Source: Candidatus Latescibacterota bacterium (GTDB lineage: Bacteria > Latescibacterota > UBA2968 > UBA8231). Taken from it: a stretch of 64,000 bases of DNA. Of the stretch, positions 18,325 to 28,146 are shown one piece after another (position 1 is the stretch's first letter; each line of letters starts with the position of its first letter). The stretch lies in assembly GCA_965203355.1 (NCBI GenBank), contig OZ241889.1:2784001-2848000 (forward strand), given 5' to 3'. Under the pieces are notes generated by a model, which saw nothing but the letters and a program-made list of their open reading frames with translations, ran no database searches and had not been told where the DNA came from. The translations under genes and the position numbers were made by a program.

Positions 18325-20481
18325 TTGCTAAGACGCTTGCCGACTCACTACCTAGACCACCTTGCCGGGCGCGATCAGGCTCTGCTGGCCCCGCCCGGTA
18401 CCCAGCAGCTAACCATGCGTGCGTTTTGGGTGGGCGCGTTCCTCAGCTTTTTTCTCGCCATCGGTGCTCCATATGGCAACATGATCATCCGCGGCTCCTA
18501 TATGGCCTTGGACTTCAGTACGCCAGGGGCCATTTTTTTGTTTCTCGTCCTCATTGGGCTGCTCAATGTGCTGTTCAAGATCGCCGCTAGCCCGGCGGGC
18601 GCGGTGGTTTGGGCCTTGGTCTCGGGTGCGCTCTATGGCTTCTATTATGGCTGGGAGGCTCCGCTCGATCTCTTTGCCCCGGGTTTTTTCTTTGCCTCCT
18701 TCATCGTCGCCTCGTCCCTGCTCAATATGGTATTGGTCTTTTGTGGGCGGAGTTTGGTCCTCAACCGGGCCGAGCTGATTCTCGTGTACGTCATGCTGTT
18801 GATCGTCTCGGCTTTGTGTACGATGGGTTTGAGCGAACAAATCCTGCCGATGATCACGGCGGTGTTTTACTTTGCCTCGCCGGAAAATAAGTGGCAGGAA
18901 ATGCTCTTTCCCCATTTTTCGGCCCGAGAAGTCCTAGTCAACGACGGGAGCGATAACAAGACCTTTTACGAAGGGTTGGCACCGGGGGAAGCGATTCCCT
19001 ACGCAGCATGGGTAGAGCCTTTGTGCTGGTGGGCGGTCTTTCTCTTGGCACTATACCTGACCATGGTGTCGGTCGCGGTTATCATCCGCCGGCAGTGGAT
19101 GGAGCGCGAGCGATTGCCCTATCCGATCACGCAGGTGGGACTGGCGATGGTGCGGGGCGAGGAACGCGAGTTTAAGATCAATACCTTTTTTCGCCAGCCG
19201 ACCATGTGGGCCGGTTTTATGTTGCCGATTTTCTTTGGCAGCTTGAAGGCCCTGCATTTCTACAACCCGGCTTTTCCGGTTTTCGCGCTGACTTGGTGGA
19301 TACCCTTAGTGGGCAAGCAGACCTTGCAAATGACCGTCAGCTTCGCCATAGTCGGCTTTTCGTACTTCATCAATGCTAATATCGCGGCTGGCATCTGGTT
19401 CTTTCACCTTTTGGCCAAGTTTGAAAAGGAGTTCTTCGCGGTCGCTGGCGTGACGTCCGAGCAGAAGGTCACCTTTGGCGTGGCCGATTTTCCCCTGATG
19501 GCCTACCAAGGGGTTGGCGCCTTGCTGGCAATGGTTGTGGTTGGCTTGTGGGTGGGCCGGGAACACTTTGGCAATGTGTGCAAAAAGGCCCTCGGCTTGG
19601 CCCCAGCGGTGGAGGACGGGGATGAAATCATGTCCTATCGCTGGTCTTTTTTTGGCGCGTTGGGCGGGATTTTGGTCATGTCGTGTTGGCTGTGGATCAT
19701 GGGGACGCCGCTGTGGGTGGCGTTTGCTTTTGTCGTCTTGGCTTTGCTCATCTTCCTCGGTGTGACGCGAATCGTCGCCGAAGCCGGTCTAGCGGCCGTG
19801 CGCGCCCCGATGACGGCTCCAGACTTGGTAATTTTGGGGTTGGGGACCGACTTGGTGACGCGGGCTGGGGTGTGGAACTTGTCGTTGGCTTATATGTGGG
19901 GTGCGGACGTGCGGGTGTTCGTCCTGGCCACCTGCACCAACGCCCTCAAGCTAATTGAAGAGATGGAGCCGAGGCTGCGGCGGCTGGTGTTTTGGGCCAT
20001 TATCCTCGCGCTTTTCATTGGGGTCCTCGGTGCGTTTTGGATGATTTTCCATATGGCCTATCAGCACGGCGGTGTGAATCTCAATAGTTGGTTTTTTAAG
20101 GGCGCACCCGAAACCGCGTACAATAATGCGCTCCGCAATATAGAGCCGACGGGCATCCATTGGCCGGGGCTGGGGTTTTTGTCCGGCGGTGCCCTGGTGA
20201 TGGGGGCGATGATGTGGGCGCGGCAGCGCCTGCCGTGGTGGCCGGTGCATCCCATCGGCTTTCCCATTGGGGCCAATGGCTTGCTCAACTACGTGTGGTT
20301 TAGCGTGTTCTTGGCTTGGTTTATCAAGAAGCTGATCATGCGCTTTGGCGGGGTAGCCTTGTATCGCCGCAGTCAGATGTTCTTTTTGGGGCTGATCTGC
20401 GGGCAGGTTTCGTGTAATGGACTGTGGTTGGTCCTAGATTACTTCACCGGCAAAGTGGGGAATTCCATTTTTTGGGCATGA
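18325..20481 (+). CDS. DUF6785/DUF6784-like polytopic membrane protein
   Basis: About 18 TM segments; recalled family motifs RRQWMERERLPYPI, TRIVAEAG, PWWPVHPIGF, FFLGLICG. Confidence 0.75.
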   Translation: MLRRLPTHYLDHLAGRDQALLAPPGTQQLTMRAFWVGAFLSFFLAIGAPYGNMIIRGSYMALDFSTPGAIFLFLVLIGLLNVLFKIAASPAGAVVWALVSGALYGFYYGWEAPLDLFAPGFFFASFIVASSLLNMVLVFCGRSLVLNRAELILVYVMLLIVSALCTMGLSEQILPMITAVFYFASPENKWQEMLFPHFSAREVLVNDGSDNKTFYEGLAPGEAIPYAAWVEPLCWWAVFLLALYLTMVSVAVIIRRQWMERERLPYPITQVGLAMVRGEEREFKINTFFRQPTMWAGFMLPIFFGSLKALHFYNPAFPVFALTWWIPLVGKQTLQMTVSFAIVGFSYFINANIAAGIWFFHLLAKFEKEFFAVAGVTSEQKVTFGVADFPLMAYQGVGALLAMVVVGLWVGREHFGNVCKKALGLAPAVEDGDEIMSYRWSFFGALGGILVMSCWLWIMGTPLWVAFAFVVLALLIFLGVTRIVAEAGLAAVRAPMTAPDLVILGLGTDLVTRAGVWNLSLAYMWGADVRVFVLATCTNALKLIEEMEPRLRRLVFWAIILALFIGVLGAFWMIFHMAYQHGGVNLNSWFFKGAPETAYNNALRNIEPTGIHWPGLGFLSGGALVMGAMMWARQRLPWWPVHPIGFPIGANGLLNYVWFSVFLAWFIKKLIMRFGGVALYRRSQMFFLGLICGQVSCNGLWLVLDYFTGKVGNSIFWA

Positions 20482-23400
20482 AGCACTCGGTTTACTGCAT
20501 CCTCGGCATGCTCGCGCTGGCCGCCGATAGCGGTTGGGCGCGCGAGGACGGTTTGCGCGAAACCGTTGCTTATCTGTCGTCGCTCGGCTCTCGGGTCAGC
20601 GGCTATCCTGGGGCCGCGGTCGCCGCAGAGTACGTTGAGCAGCGCCTGCGTGCGATCGGCTTGCCCGAGCTGACCCGCGAATCCTTTGAAGTCACTGTGC
20701 CCATCGACCAAGGCGGCGAACTGCTGCTCACCGAGAGCGGGGAGCGCTACGCCCTCTACGGCCTGTGGCCCAACTTGGTCCGCACCTCGACCTTGCCCGA
20801 GTACGAGGGCGAGATGATCTACGGCGGGGACGGCGAGTGGGAGGATTTCGCGGGCTTTGAACTCGCGGGCCGGGTGGTGCTGATGGAATTCAATAGCTGG
20901 AGCCGGTGGTTGCAGGCCGCTTCGCTGGGGGCGCGTGCCATCGTCTTCATCGCTCCGGAGGAGACCACGGCCAACCAAGCTATGACCAAGTATTCCACTG
21001 CGCCGTTGGACATCCCGCGCTTTTGGCTTGAAAGAGCGGCCGGATTACAACTCAAAGAGCGGCTGCGCCAACACCCGACTGCTGTGGTGCTCAAGGGGCG
21101 GATGGACTGGCAGCGCAAGCAGGCTTGGAATATCTGGGGCCGGCTTCCCGGCACCGACCCGGCGCTGGCCGACGAGACCATTGTCATCGAAAGCTACTAC
21201 GACGGCATGTCGGTGGTTCCGGCCTTGGCGCCGGCCGCCGAAGCGACCAGCGGCATGGCTGCGTTGCTGGCGTTGGCCGAGCACCTAGTGCGGCACCCGC
21301 CGCGCCGGCCGGTCGTGCTGGTGGCCACGGGCGCGCATTTCCAAGCCCAGCAGGGGATCGTCCACTTCCTCGAGCGCCACGCCCGCCGCCATCCCTACTA
21401 TGCCGAGCGGATGGCCGAGCCGCTCAAGCCCAAGCTCTTCATCTGCATTGACCTGACGAGTCAGTCCGACGGACTGGGAATTTGGAACAATACCGCTAGC
21501 TATGATCTCAAGCGATTCTTCGTGCCTTTTGGCCGGCGTTTTACGGCCTATGCCGAGGAGGAGTCCGCGCGGTTGGGGCTACAGCAGCAACGACCGCTGG
21601 CCAATGGGATTAGCCCGATTCGCGGCATGGACTGGTCGACCTTCGTGCCGGGTGGGGTCTCGGTCAGTGGGGTGCAGGCCCTGACCGCGGGGATTGTCTC
21701 GCTGTCGTTGGCGACCGTCAACGACGCCCGCTACATCGTCGATACCCCGCTCGATACGCCCGAGCGGATGAATATCGACAATGTGTCCCGCCAAAGCCGC
21801 CTGCTCAACGCCATGCTGTCGCGGGCCGTCAACGACGAGGAGCTGTTTGCCGATCTCGAAGATTTTGGCCCGGTGCTCAAGGACAAATTGCGCTCCCTGC
21901 GGGTCAAGGTCCGTTCGTTTCCGCGCCACAGCCAAGTGCCGGACCGGCCCATCGCCGACGCCCTCGTCGTAGTGAATCCTTGGTTCAAGTCGCACAAAGG
22001 CGTGCGCTGGGCGCAGTACCACCTCACGGACGACCAAGGCATCGCCGATATCGCTGGATTGCGCACCGGGGCCTATCCGGTGGTAGCCTATCAAGTCAAG
22101 TCGGAAACTGGGGCGATCGCGTTTGCGCCCGACCTTTCGGAACGGGCGCAAAAATTCAGTGGCGCGGTCGTGAACGGGTGGATGATCGACAGCAAAATTC
22201 GCTGGAATATCAACGAAAAGACCATCGTCGTCTTTCCCGCCATTTCGCGGCCCTTCTACAGCATGATTGACCCGCGCTATCTCCGGTCGTTCAAGGGGAT
22301 CAAGATCGTCGATCACAGCGGAGTGGCCCCCCGCCAGTTCGGACTGGCGCGGGGGATTGACGAAGGCGAGGCCGTCGGTGTGGTGTTCGGAGCGCAGGAC
22401 GCCGACGAGGACGACGGCATCAAAATGATCATCGACAACCGCCTACTCCTGCTCAATAGCGAGGGCGACGAAAACGAGACGCAGGCTCGAGGGCGGGGCT
22501 ACGCGCTCAGAGAGGACTCGCTCGTCCGCACCGGGATGTTGGCGGTCGAGGACATGTGGCAGCTTAATGAGGCGCGGCTGCGCACCCTGCGCGAACACGC
22601 CATTGAAAATCAACGCCTAGCCCGGCTACACCAGCGCGGCAAGGCCCTGATCGAAAAGGCGCGGCAGGCCGAAGAGACCAAGGATTGGGCGCGCTATGTC
22701 GAGCACGTCCGGGCCGCGCTAGGCGTGACGTCTCGCGCGTACCCCGAAGTGCTACAGACGCTCAACGACGTCATCAGAGGAATGGTGTTTTTTCTCGCCT
22801 TGGTCATCCCGACGGCCTTTCTGGGGGAGCGGTTGCTGTTTGCAGCAGCCGATATTCGCCGACAGCTAGCTGGGTTTGGGGTGTTGCTGCTGTTGATTTG
22901 GCTTGCCATCTCTCAGGTTCACCCGGCCTTTGCCATCGCCCATCCACTGGTGATTTTGCTGGCCTTTGCCATCATGGCGATGGCGGCGTTTGTCTTGGCC
23001 ATGATCAGCGCCCGCTTCAACCGCTATATGAAAGCCTATCAGGCGCGGGAGGCCCACGTCCACGAGACGGATATCAGCCGCGCCAGTGCCAGTTACGCGG
23101 CCTTCATGCTCGGTATTTCCAACATGCGGCGGCGCAAGCTGCGCACCGGGCTGACCTTGCTGACCTTGGTCCTGCTCACCTTTACCGTGCTCTCCTTCAC
23201 CTCGTTCAATACCCAAGTTCGCTACATGGCCTTTGCCATGGACCACGAGGGGACCTACGAAGGTGTGCTGATCCGCGACCGCAACTGGAATGTGCTGAAT
23301 CGCCCGACGCTCGACTACGCCCACTCGCACTTCGCTGCCGAGGGCGTGGTCGTGCCGCGCAACTGGTATGTCGCCTTTGACGACGAGCAGAAGAAGTACA

Positions 23401-24881
23401 TCGAGGTCTTCGGCGATACCGCGGTGGTGCGGGCGACCGGGATGCTGGGGCTGATGCCGGAAGAAGCGCGCGTCACTGGCATCGACCAAGCCCTGGTGGG
23501 CGGGCGTTTCTTTGCGAGCGAGGACGAGGCGTCCTGCCTGATGGCCGAGGGCATGGCCGAGGCGCTGGGCATTGGTCTGGCGGAGTTGGGCACGGCAACG
23601 GTGCGGGTGTTCGGCCGGGACTTGGTGGTGCGGGGCGTGTTCGATCCCGAGCGCTTTGAGGATATTCGCGATCTCGACGACGAGCCGCTGACGCCGGCAG
23701 ATTTCCAGCTGTCGAGTGCCCAAGCCCTCGGGCCGGTAGCTCAAGACAATATGAGCATCGCCCTAGAGGAAGCCGCGCTCGACATTCGTCCCTTCATCCA
23801 CCTAGAATCCGACAACGTGCTGGTCTTGCCCTATGGAACGCTACAGGAGGCCGGGGGCACGTTGCGCTCCGTGGCGGTGCGAATGGAGGATGGAGTGCGC
23901 GGGCAGGCCATGATCGAGGATTTTCTCCTGCGTCTGGCCATTACGCTTTTTGCTGGCCTGCAAGAACCGGGCGAATCCGCCATTAAGGTGTTTTCCTATA
24001 CCTCAATTGGGTTGACCGATGTCGAGGGCTTGGGGGCCTTGGTGATACCGATGTTTATCGCCGCGCTGATTGTGCTCAATGCAATGATGGGGGCCGTCTA
24101 TGAGCGCTTCCGCGAGATCGGCATTTATTCGTCGGTGGGATTAGCGCCGCTGCACATTGCCCTGCTTTTCGTGGCCGAGGCCTGTGTCTATGCGATTATT
24201 GGCGTTACCTTGGGCTATATCCTCGGCCAGAGTTTGGGCAAAGTGCTCATCGCACTGGACCTGCTACAGGGAATAAGCCTCAATTACTCGTCGATGGCGG
24301 CGATTGTCTCGTCGCTGATCGTGATGGCCGTGGTCTTGCTTTCGACTATCTATCCGGCCAGGGTAGCGGCCCGCACGGCCGTGCCCGATACGGTCCGGCG
24401 CTGGACGCCGCCGGATCCTGACGGAGACCGCTGGGAAATGGAATTTCCCTTTATGGTCAGCGAGGGGGAAGTGCGGGGCTTGTGCGGATTCTTAGCCAGT
24501 TATTTCAGTGCCTATAGCGAGGAGTCCATCGGCGACTTCTACGCCGAGAAGGTCCAGTTGGTCGAGGAAGCCGGCGCGCGCGGGCCGGAGTACGCGGTGC
24601 AGCTTTTGCTGTGGCTGGCGCCATTCGACATGGGGGTGAGCCAGTTCATGCAGCTCGAATTTTTGCCCACCGAAGTCAAATCAGTCTATACCGTAGAAAT
24701 CTACATTGAGCGGATCAGTGGGCAGGACACCTTCTGGCAGCGGGTCAACTACCGATTTATCAATGGGTTGCGGAAAGAGTTCCTGCTCTGGCACACCCTC
24801 GCCGCCGAGTCCAAGGCCCACCATCTCGGGGTCGCTGAGCAGCTATTGGCCGCGGCAGCCGAAGCCGAGCAAGTGGAATGA
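20478..24881 (+). CDS. Fusion of a degenerate M28/PA-like ectodomain and an FtsX/MacB-type permease
   Basis: Signal peptide MKHSVYCILGMLALAA (ATGA overlap with upstream stop); SRVSGYPG, TIVIESYYDG..APAAEATSG; later RRRKLRTGLTLLTL and VYERFREIGIYSSVGLAP FtsX motifs. Confidence 0.8.
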   Translation: MKHSVYCILGMLALAADSGWAREDGLRETVAYLSSLGSRVSGYPGAAVAAEYVEQRLRAIGLPELTRESFEVTVPIDQGGELLLTESGERYALYGLWPNLVRTSTLPEYEGEMIYGGDGEWEDFAGFELAGRVVLMEFNSWSRWLQAASLGARAIVFIAPEETTANQAMTKYSTAPLDIPRFWLERAAGLQLKERLRQHPTAVVLKGRMDWQRKQAWNIWGRLPGTDPALADETIVIESYYDGMSVVPALAPAAEATSGMAALLALAEHLVRHPPRRPVVLVATGAHFQAQQGIVHFLERHARRHPYYAERMAEPLKPKLFICIDLTSQSDGLGIWNNTASYDLKRFFVPFGRRFTAYAEEESARLGLQQQRPLANGISPIRGMDWSTFVPGGVSVSGVQALTAGIVSLSLATVNDARYIVDTPLDTPERMNIDNVSRQSRLLNAMLSRAVNDEELFADLEDFGPVLKDKLRSLRVKVRSFPRHSQVPDRPIADALVVVNPWFKSHKGVRWAQYHLTDDQGIADIAGLRTGAYPVVAYQVKSETGAIAFAPDLSERAQKFSGAVVNGWMIDSKIRWNINEKTIVVFPAISRPFYSMIDPRYLRSFKGIKIVDHSGVAPRQFGLARGIDEGEAVGVVFGAQDADEDDGIKMIIDNRLLLLNSEGDENETQARGRGYALREDSLVRTGMLAVEDMWQLNEARLRTLREHAIENQRLARLHQRGKALIEKARQAEETKDWARYVEHVRAALGVTSRAYPEVLQTLNDVIRGMVFFLALVIPTAFLGERLLFAAADIRRQLAGFGVLLLLIWLAISQVHPAFAIAHPLVILLAFAIMAMAAFVLAMISARFNRYMKAYQAREAHVHETDISRASASYAAFMLGISNMRRRKLRTGLTLLTLVLLTFTVLSFTSFNTQVRYMAFAMDHEGTYEGVLIRDRNWNVLNRPTLDYAHSHFAAEGVVVPRNWYVAFDDEQKKYIEVFGDTAVVRATGMLGLMPEEARVTGIDQALVGGRFFASEDEASCLMAEGMAEALGIGLAELGTATVRVFGRDLVVRGVFDPERFEDIRDLDDEPLTPADFQLSSAQALGPVAQDNMSIALEEAALDIRPFIHLESDNVLVLPYGTLQEAGGTLRSVAVRMEDGVRGQAMIEDFLLRLAITLFAGLQEPGESAIKVFSYTSIGLTDVEGLGALVIPMFIAALIVLNAMMGAVYERFREIGIYSSVGLAPLHIALLFVAEACVYAIIGVTLGYILGQSLGKVLIALDLLQGISLNYSSMAAIVSSLIVMAVVLLSTIYPARVAARTAVPDTVRRWTPPDPDGDRWEMEFPFMVSEGEVRGLCGFLASYFSAYSEESIGDFYAEKVQLVEEAGARGPEYAVQLLLWLAPFDMGVSQFMQLEFLPTEVKSVYTVEIYIERISGQDTFWQRVNYRFINGLRKEFLLWHTLAAESKAHHLGVAEQLLAAAAEAEQVE

Positions 24882-27800
24882 TGGAAGCGTTTTTTCAGAG
24901 ACTGTCTGGGTCTTTGCAGCAGCTGTTTGGCCGCGAGCAAAAGCACAAGCGCCAGTGGGCCGAGGTCGATGAATACCGCGCTTTGCTCGAACCCCCCAAT
25001 CGCTTTGACGAAGGTTTTACGATCCGCACCATTATCGGCGTACTCTTCATCTCGCTGATTATGACCCCGGGCGAGATGTTCCTCGGGCTCTATACGGGAG
25101 GCAGCGTTGGCCCAGCAGCGCAATGGGTGACGGTGATCCTCTTTTTGGAAGTCGCCAAACGCTCGTTTACCTCGCTCAAGCGCCAAGAGATTTACCTGCT
25201 GGTGTACGTGGCCTCGGCCTTGGTCGCCCGCGAGGAAGGCGCGTTCCTCGATTTGCTTTGGCGTCAGTACTTCGTGCGTTCCGCCGAGGCTGAACAGTTT
25301 GGGATTTCGCGCATTTTGCCGTGGTGGTGGGTGCCCTCACCCGATTCGGAGGCCATTGCCGAGCGGACCTTTATCCACCGCGATTGGTTGGCGCCCATCC
25401 TGTTGTTGGTGATCGGGACGATCATGGGCCGCATCGCTTGGTTCACGTCCGGCTACATGCTCTTCCGGCTCACCTCCGACCGCGAGCAATTGCCCTTTCC
25501 GACCGCGCCGATGTCGGCGTTGAGCGCCATGGCACTGGCCGAGGATTCCGGGGCCGAGCAGGAGACGTGGAAGTGGCCGGTGTTCAGTATTGGTGCGGCC
25601 ATCGGTGCGTCATTCGGGGTCGTCTATGTAGGGATCCCGGTCATCACGGAACTTTGGGGTTCCAAAGTGACTATCTTGCCGATTCCTTTCTGGGATTTGA
25701 CCCCCTATTTCGGCAATATCATACAGGCTGCGCCGCTGGGGATCGCCACGAGTCTGGGGTCGGTGTTCGCGGGGTTGTTCATGCCCTTCTGGTCGGTGAT
25801 CGGCTCCTTTGCCGGCGTGATGCTGCACACGGCCATCAGCCCCTTTCTATATACGTGGGGCTATCTGCCGCGCTGGGAAGTCGGCATGGACACCATCCAA
25901 ACCTCCATCGTCACTGGAATCGACTTTTGGATAGCCTTTTCCATTGGCATTACCATCGCAGTTACCATCGTCAGTTTTTACCAGCTTTTTTCCACTGGCC
26001 GAGAAAAGCAGGCCGAATTGCGGGAGAAGCTCCAGATCCAAGGGGACGATCCGTCGAGGATGTGCAAGCACTCGGACTGCCTCCGCCCGGCCGAAGTGAG
26101 GGGATATTGCTTAAAACACCTCGGCCGCGGCGATTTTAACATGTGGATTTGCGCTTCGCTGTTTTGCGTAGCGGCGATTTATCCGATCGTCTTGGCCAAG
26201 ACCTTATTCCCCACTTTGGTCAGCACCGGCCTGTTGGTGCTTTTCGTGCTCATCGCCTTTGTCTATGCGCCGATCATGTCCTTTGTCAGCGCCCGGCTCG
26301 ACGGCTTGGTCGGGCGAGAGATTTCGATTCCCTATGTCAATGAGGCCATCCGCTTTATGACGGGCTTTCGCGGGGTTGAAATCTGGTTCGTGCCCTTTCC
26401 AGCCCGCAACTTCGGCGGCCACGCCGAGGGGTTTAGGATAGTAGAGTTGACCGGGATGAAGTTTACCAGCCTGCTCAAGGCCGAGCTCTTTATGTTGCCC
26501 ATCGTCTTTGGGGTGAGTCTGATGTACTGGACCTTTCTCTGGCGCTTGGCTCCCATCCCCTCGGAGAGCTACCCATACGCGCAAATCATGTGGCCGCGCC
26601 AGGCTTTTGACCAAGCACTCGTACTATCCAGTACGATGTACAACAAAATGTGGCACGCCGGCGAGGAGTTGGAAGGGGATATTGTGCCCCGCGGCCAAGT
26701 CGGGTGGAGCCCGAGCAATTTGCAGGACGGTCGTTGGTGGTACTGGCGGGTGAGTACCACCAGGGATTTAGCGGTGCCCGATCCGGTAAAGCGCACCTAT
26801 GGTCCTTGGTCGCAGACCGGCTACTTCTACACGGACTTCAGCGGCGGGGACGCACCACCGCCTCCGGAGGTCGCCCAAAGGATCGACGCTGCCGCGGGTA
26901 CGCCATCGGACCGCCCCCAGCTCCTGTGGCCGCCCAACGGCATGGCCCTTGCCACGCCCAATCCCAACTTCCGGGCGGCGGTCGAGCTAGCCCTAGGCGA
27001 TTCGGTTGACTTCTATTTTGAAGTAGATCTCCTGCCCAGCTTTGACGGCGAATTTTTGCAGCGCTCCTCGGATGTACCCTTGCTCTTTAAGGTCCTGTGG
27101 CATGACATGCGCTTTACGGGCAACCGCAAAGACGACGACGGCGACCGCAATGTCGCGGCTATAGTCGAGCGGGTGGAGCCGGAGGGGTTGGGCGATCAAC
27201 TCGGACTGGTGGAAGGCGACCGGCTCCGCGTGGTAAACGGCGTCGAACTCCGCGTCCCGCAATGGGATGCTGAGCGGATCGATCGGTATTTTACCCAAGG
27301 AGCGGACTCGGTGTTTGTCGCTTGGGCACGGGATGAGCAGACCATGCGTCGAGCGGTGGTGCGCCGACCGGGGGAAGCACTGGGGCTTGAGTTTGCAGCG
27401 GACACGTCATTCGTCGAGCGTTGGACCGAATACGACGCGGTGCGCGTCGCGGCCGTAGCCGAAGCCGGGCTAGGCCACCGTTTGGGCTTGCAAGCTGGCG
27501 ACCATCTTATGGCGATCAACGGCCAAAGCATTGAGCAGGATACGTGGCGCAGCGAGGAGGTAAGGGCCGCCTTTTCCGCGGTCGTGGAAGAGACCGCGAC
27601 CACCGTGCTAGTCGAGTGGGAACGGGATGGAGACCGGCTTCGAGGTTGGGTGGCCGATGCGTCGTCTCGCCCGCTAGGCCTGACCTATCGGGCCGGGGCC
27701 ATCGAGGGCATTGACGAAGAGCTGGTCAACAACCGCGACGACGATGGCGACGGCCTGATCGACGAGGATACGCACCATCCCCTCGGCGGTAAGAAGTGGC

Positions 27801-28105
27801 CCATCATCATGGGCGCGGCGGGCTTCGGCTTGGCCGCGTACTTTGCCATGGCCTTTTTGGGAATGCCGATCTTTATGATCTTTGGCTACGTCCAAAGCGT
27901 CAACGGCATTCCGCATTTTCTCATTCCGCAAATCATTGGTGCCCTGATCGCCAGACATTACTTCTGGAAGCGGTACGGCAAGCAGCAATGGCGGCAATAC
28001 GCCATGGTCTTGAGCGTGGGCTTCGGGGTTGGCATGTCGCTGATCGGCATGTTCAGCGCAGCCTTGTTGATGATTAAAAAAGCCGTTTCTTCCCTCGCCT
28101 ATTGA
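24878..28105 (+). CDS. OPT-like peptide transporter with large soluble insertions
   Basis: FDEGFTIRT, AAQWVTVILF, REQLPFPTAP, LAPIPSESYP; many TM segments; ATGA overlap with upstream stop. Confidence 0.7.
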   Translation: MMEAFFQRLSGSLQQLFGREQKHKRQWAEVDEYRALLEPPNRFDEGFTIRTIIGVLFISLIMTPGEMFLGLYTGGSVGPAAQWVTVILFLEVAKRSFTSLKRQEIYLLVYVASALVAREEGAFLDLLWRQYFVRSAEAEQFGISRILPWWWVPSPDSEAIAERTFIHRDWLAPILLLVIGTIMGRIAWFTSGYMLFRLTSDREQLPFPTAPMSALSAMALAEDSGAEQETWKWPVFSIGAAIGASFGVVYVGIPVITELWGSKVTILPIPFWDLTPYFGNIIQAAPLGIATSLGSVFAGLFMPFWSVIGSFAGVMLHTAISPFLYTWGYLPRWEVGMDTIQTSIVTGIDFWIAFSIGITIAVTIVSFYQLFSTGREKQAELREKLQIQGDDPSRMCKHSDCLRPAEVRGYCLKHLGRGDFNMWICASLFCVAAIYPIVLAKTLFPTLVSTGLLVLFVLIAFVYAPIMSFVSARLDGLVGREISIPYVNEAIRFMTGFRGVEIWFVPFPARNFGGHAEGFRIVELTGMKFTSLLKAELFMLPIVFGVSLMYWTFLWRLAPIPSESYPYAQIMWPRQAFDQALVLSSTMYNKMWHAGEELEGDIVPRGQVGWSPSNLQDGRWWYWRVSTTRDLAVPDPVKRTYGPWSQTGYFYTDFSGGDAPPPPEVAQRIDAAAGTPSDRPQLLWPPNGMALATPNPNFRAAVELALGDSVDFYFEVDLLPSFDGEFLQRSSDVPLLFKVLWHDMRFTGNRKDDDGDRNVAAIVERVEPEGLGDQLGLVEGDRLRVVNGVELRVPQWDAERIDRYFTQGADSVFVAWARDEQTMRRAVVRRPGEALGLEFAADTSFVERWTEYDAVRVAAVAEAGLGHRLGLQAGDHLMAINGQSIEQDTWRSEEVRAAFSAVVEETATTVLVEWERDGDRLRGWVADASSRPLGLTYRAGAIEGIDEELVNNRDDDGDGLIDEDTHHPLGGKKWPIIMGAAGFGLAAYFAMAFLGMPIFMIFGYVQSVNGIPHFLIPQIIGALIARHYFWKRYGKQQWRQYAMVLSVGFGVGMSLIGMFSAALLMIKKAVSSLAY

Positions 28106-28146
28106 GGGGTGGACAAAGGCCACGATCCCCTGTATTTTCGCCACTT

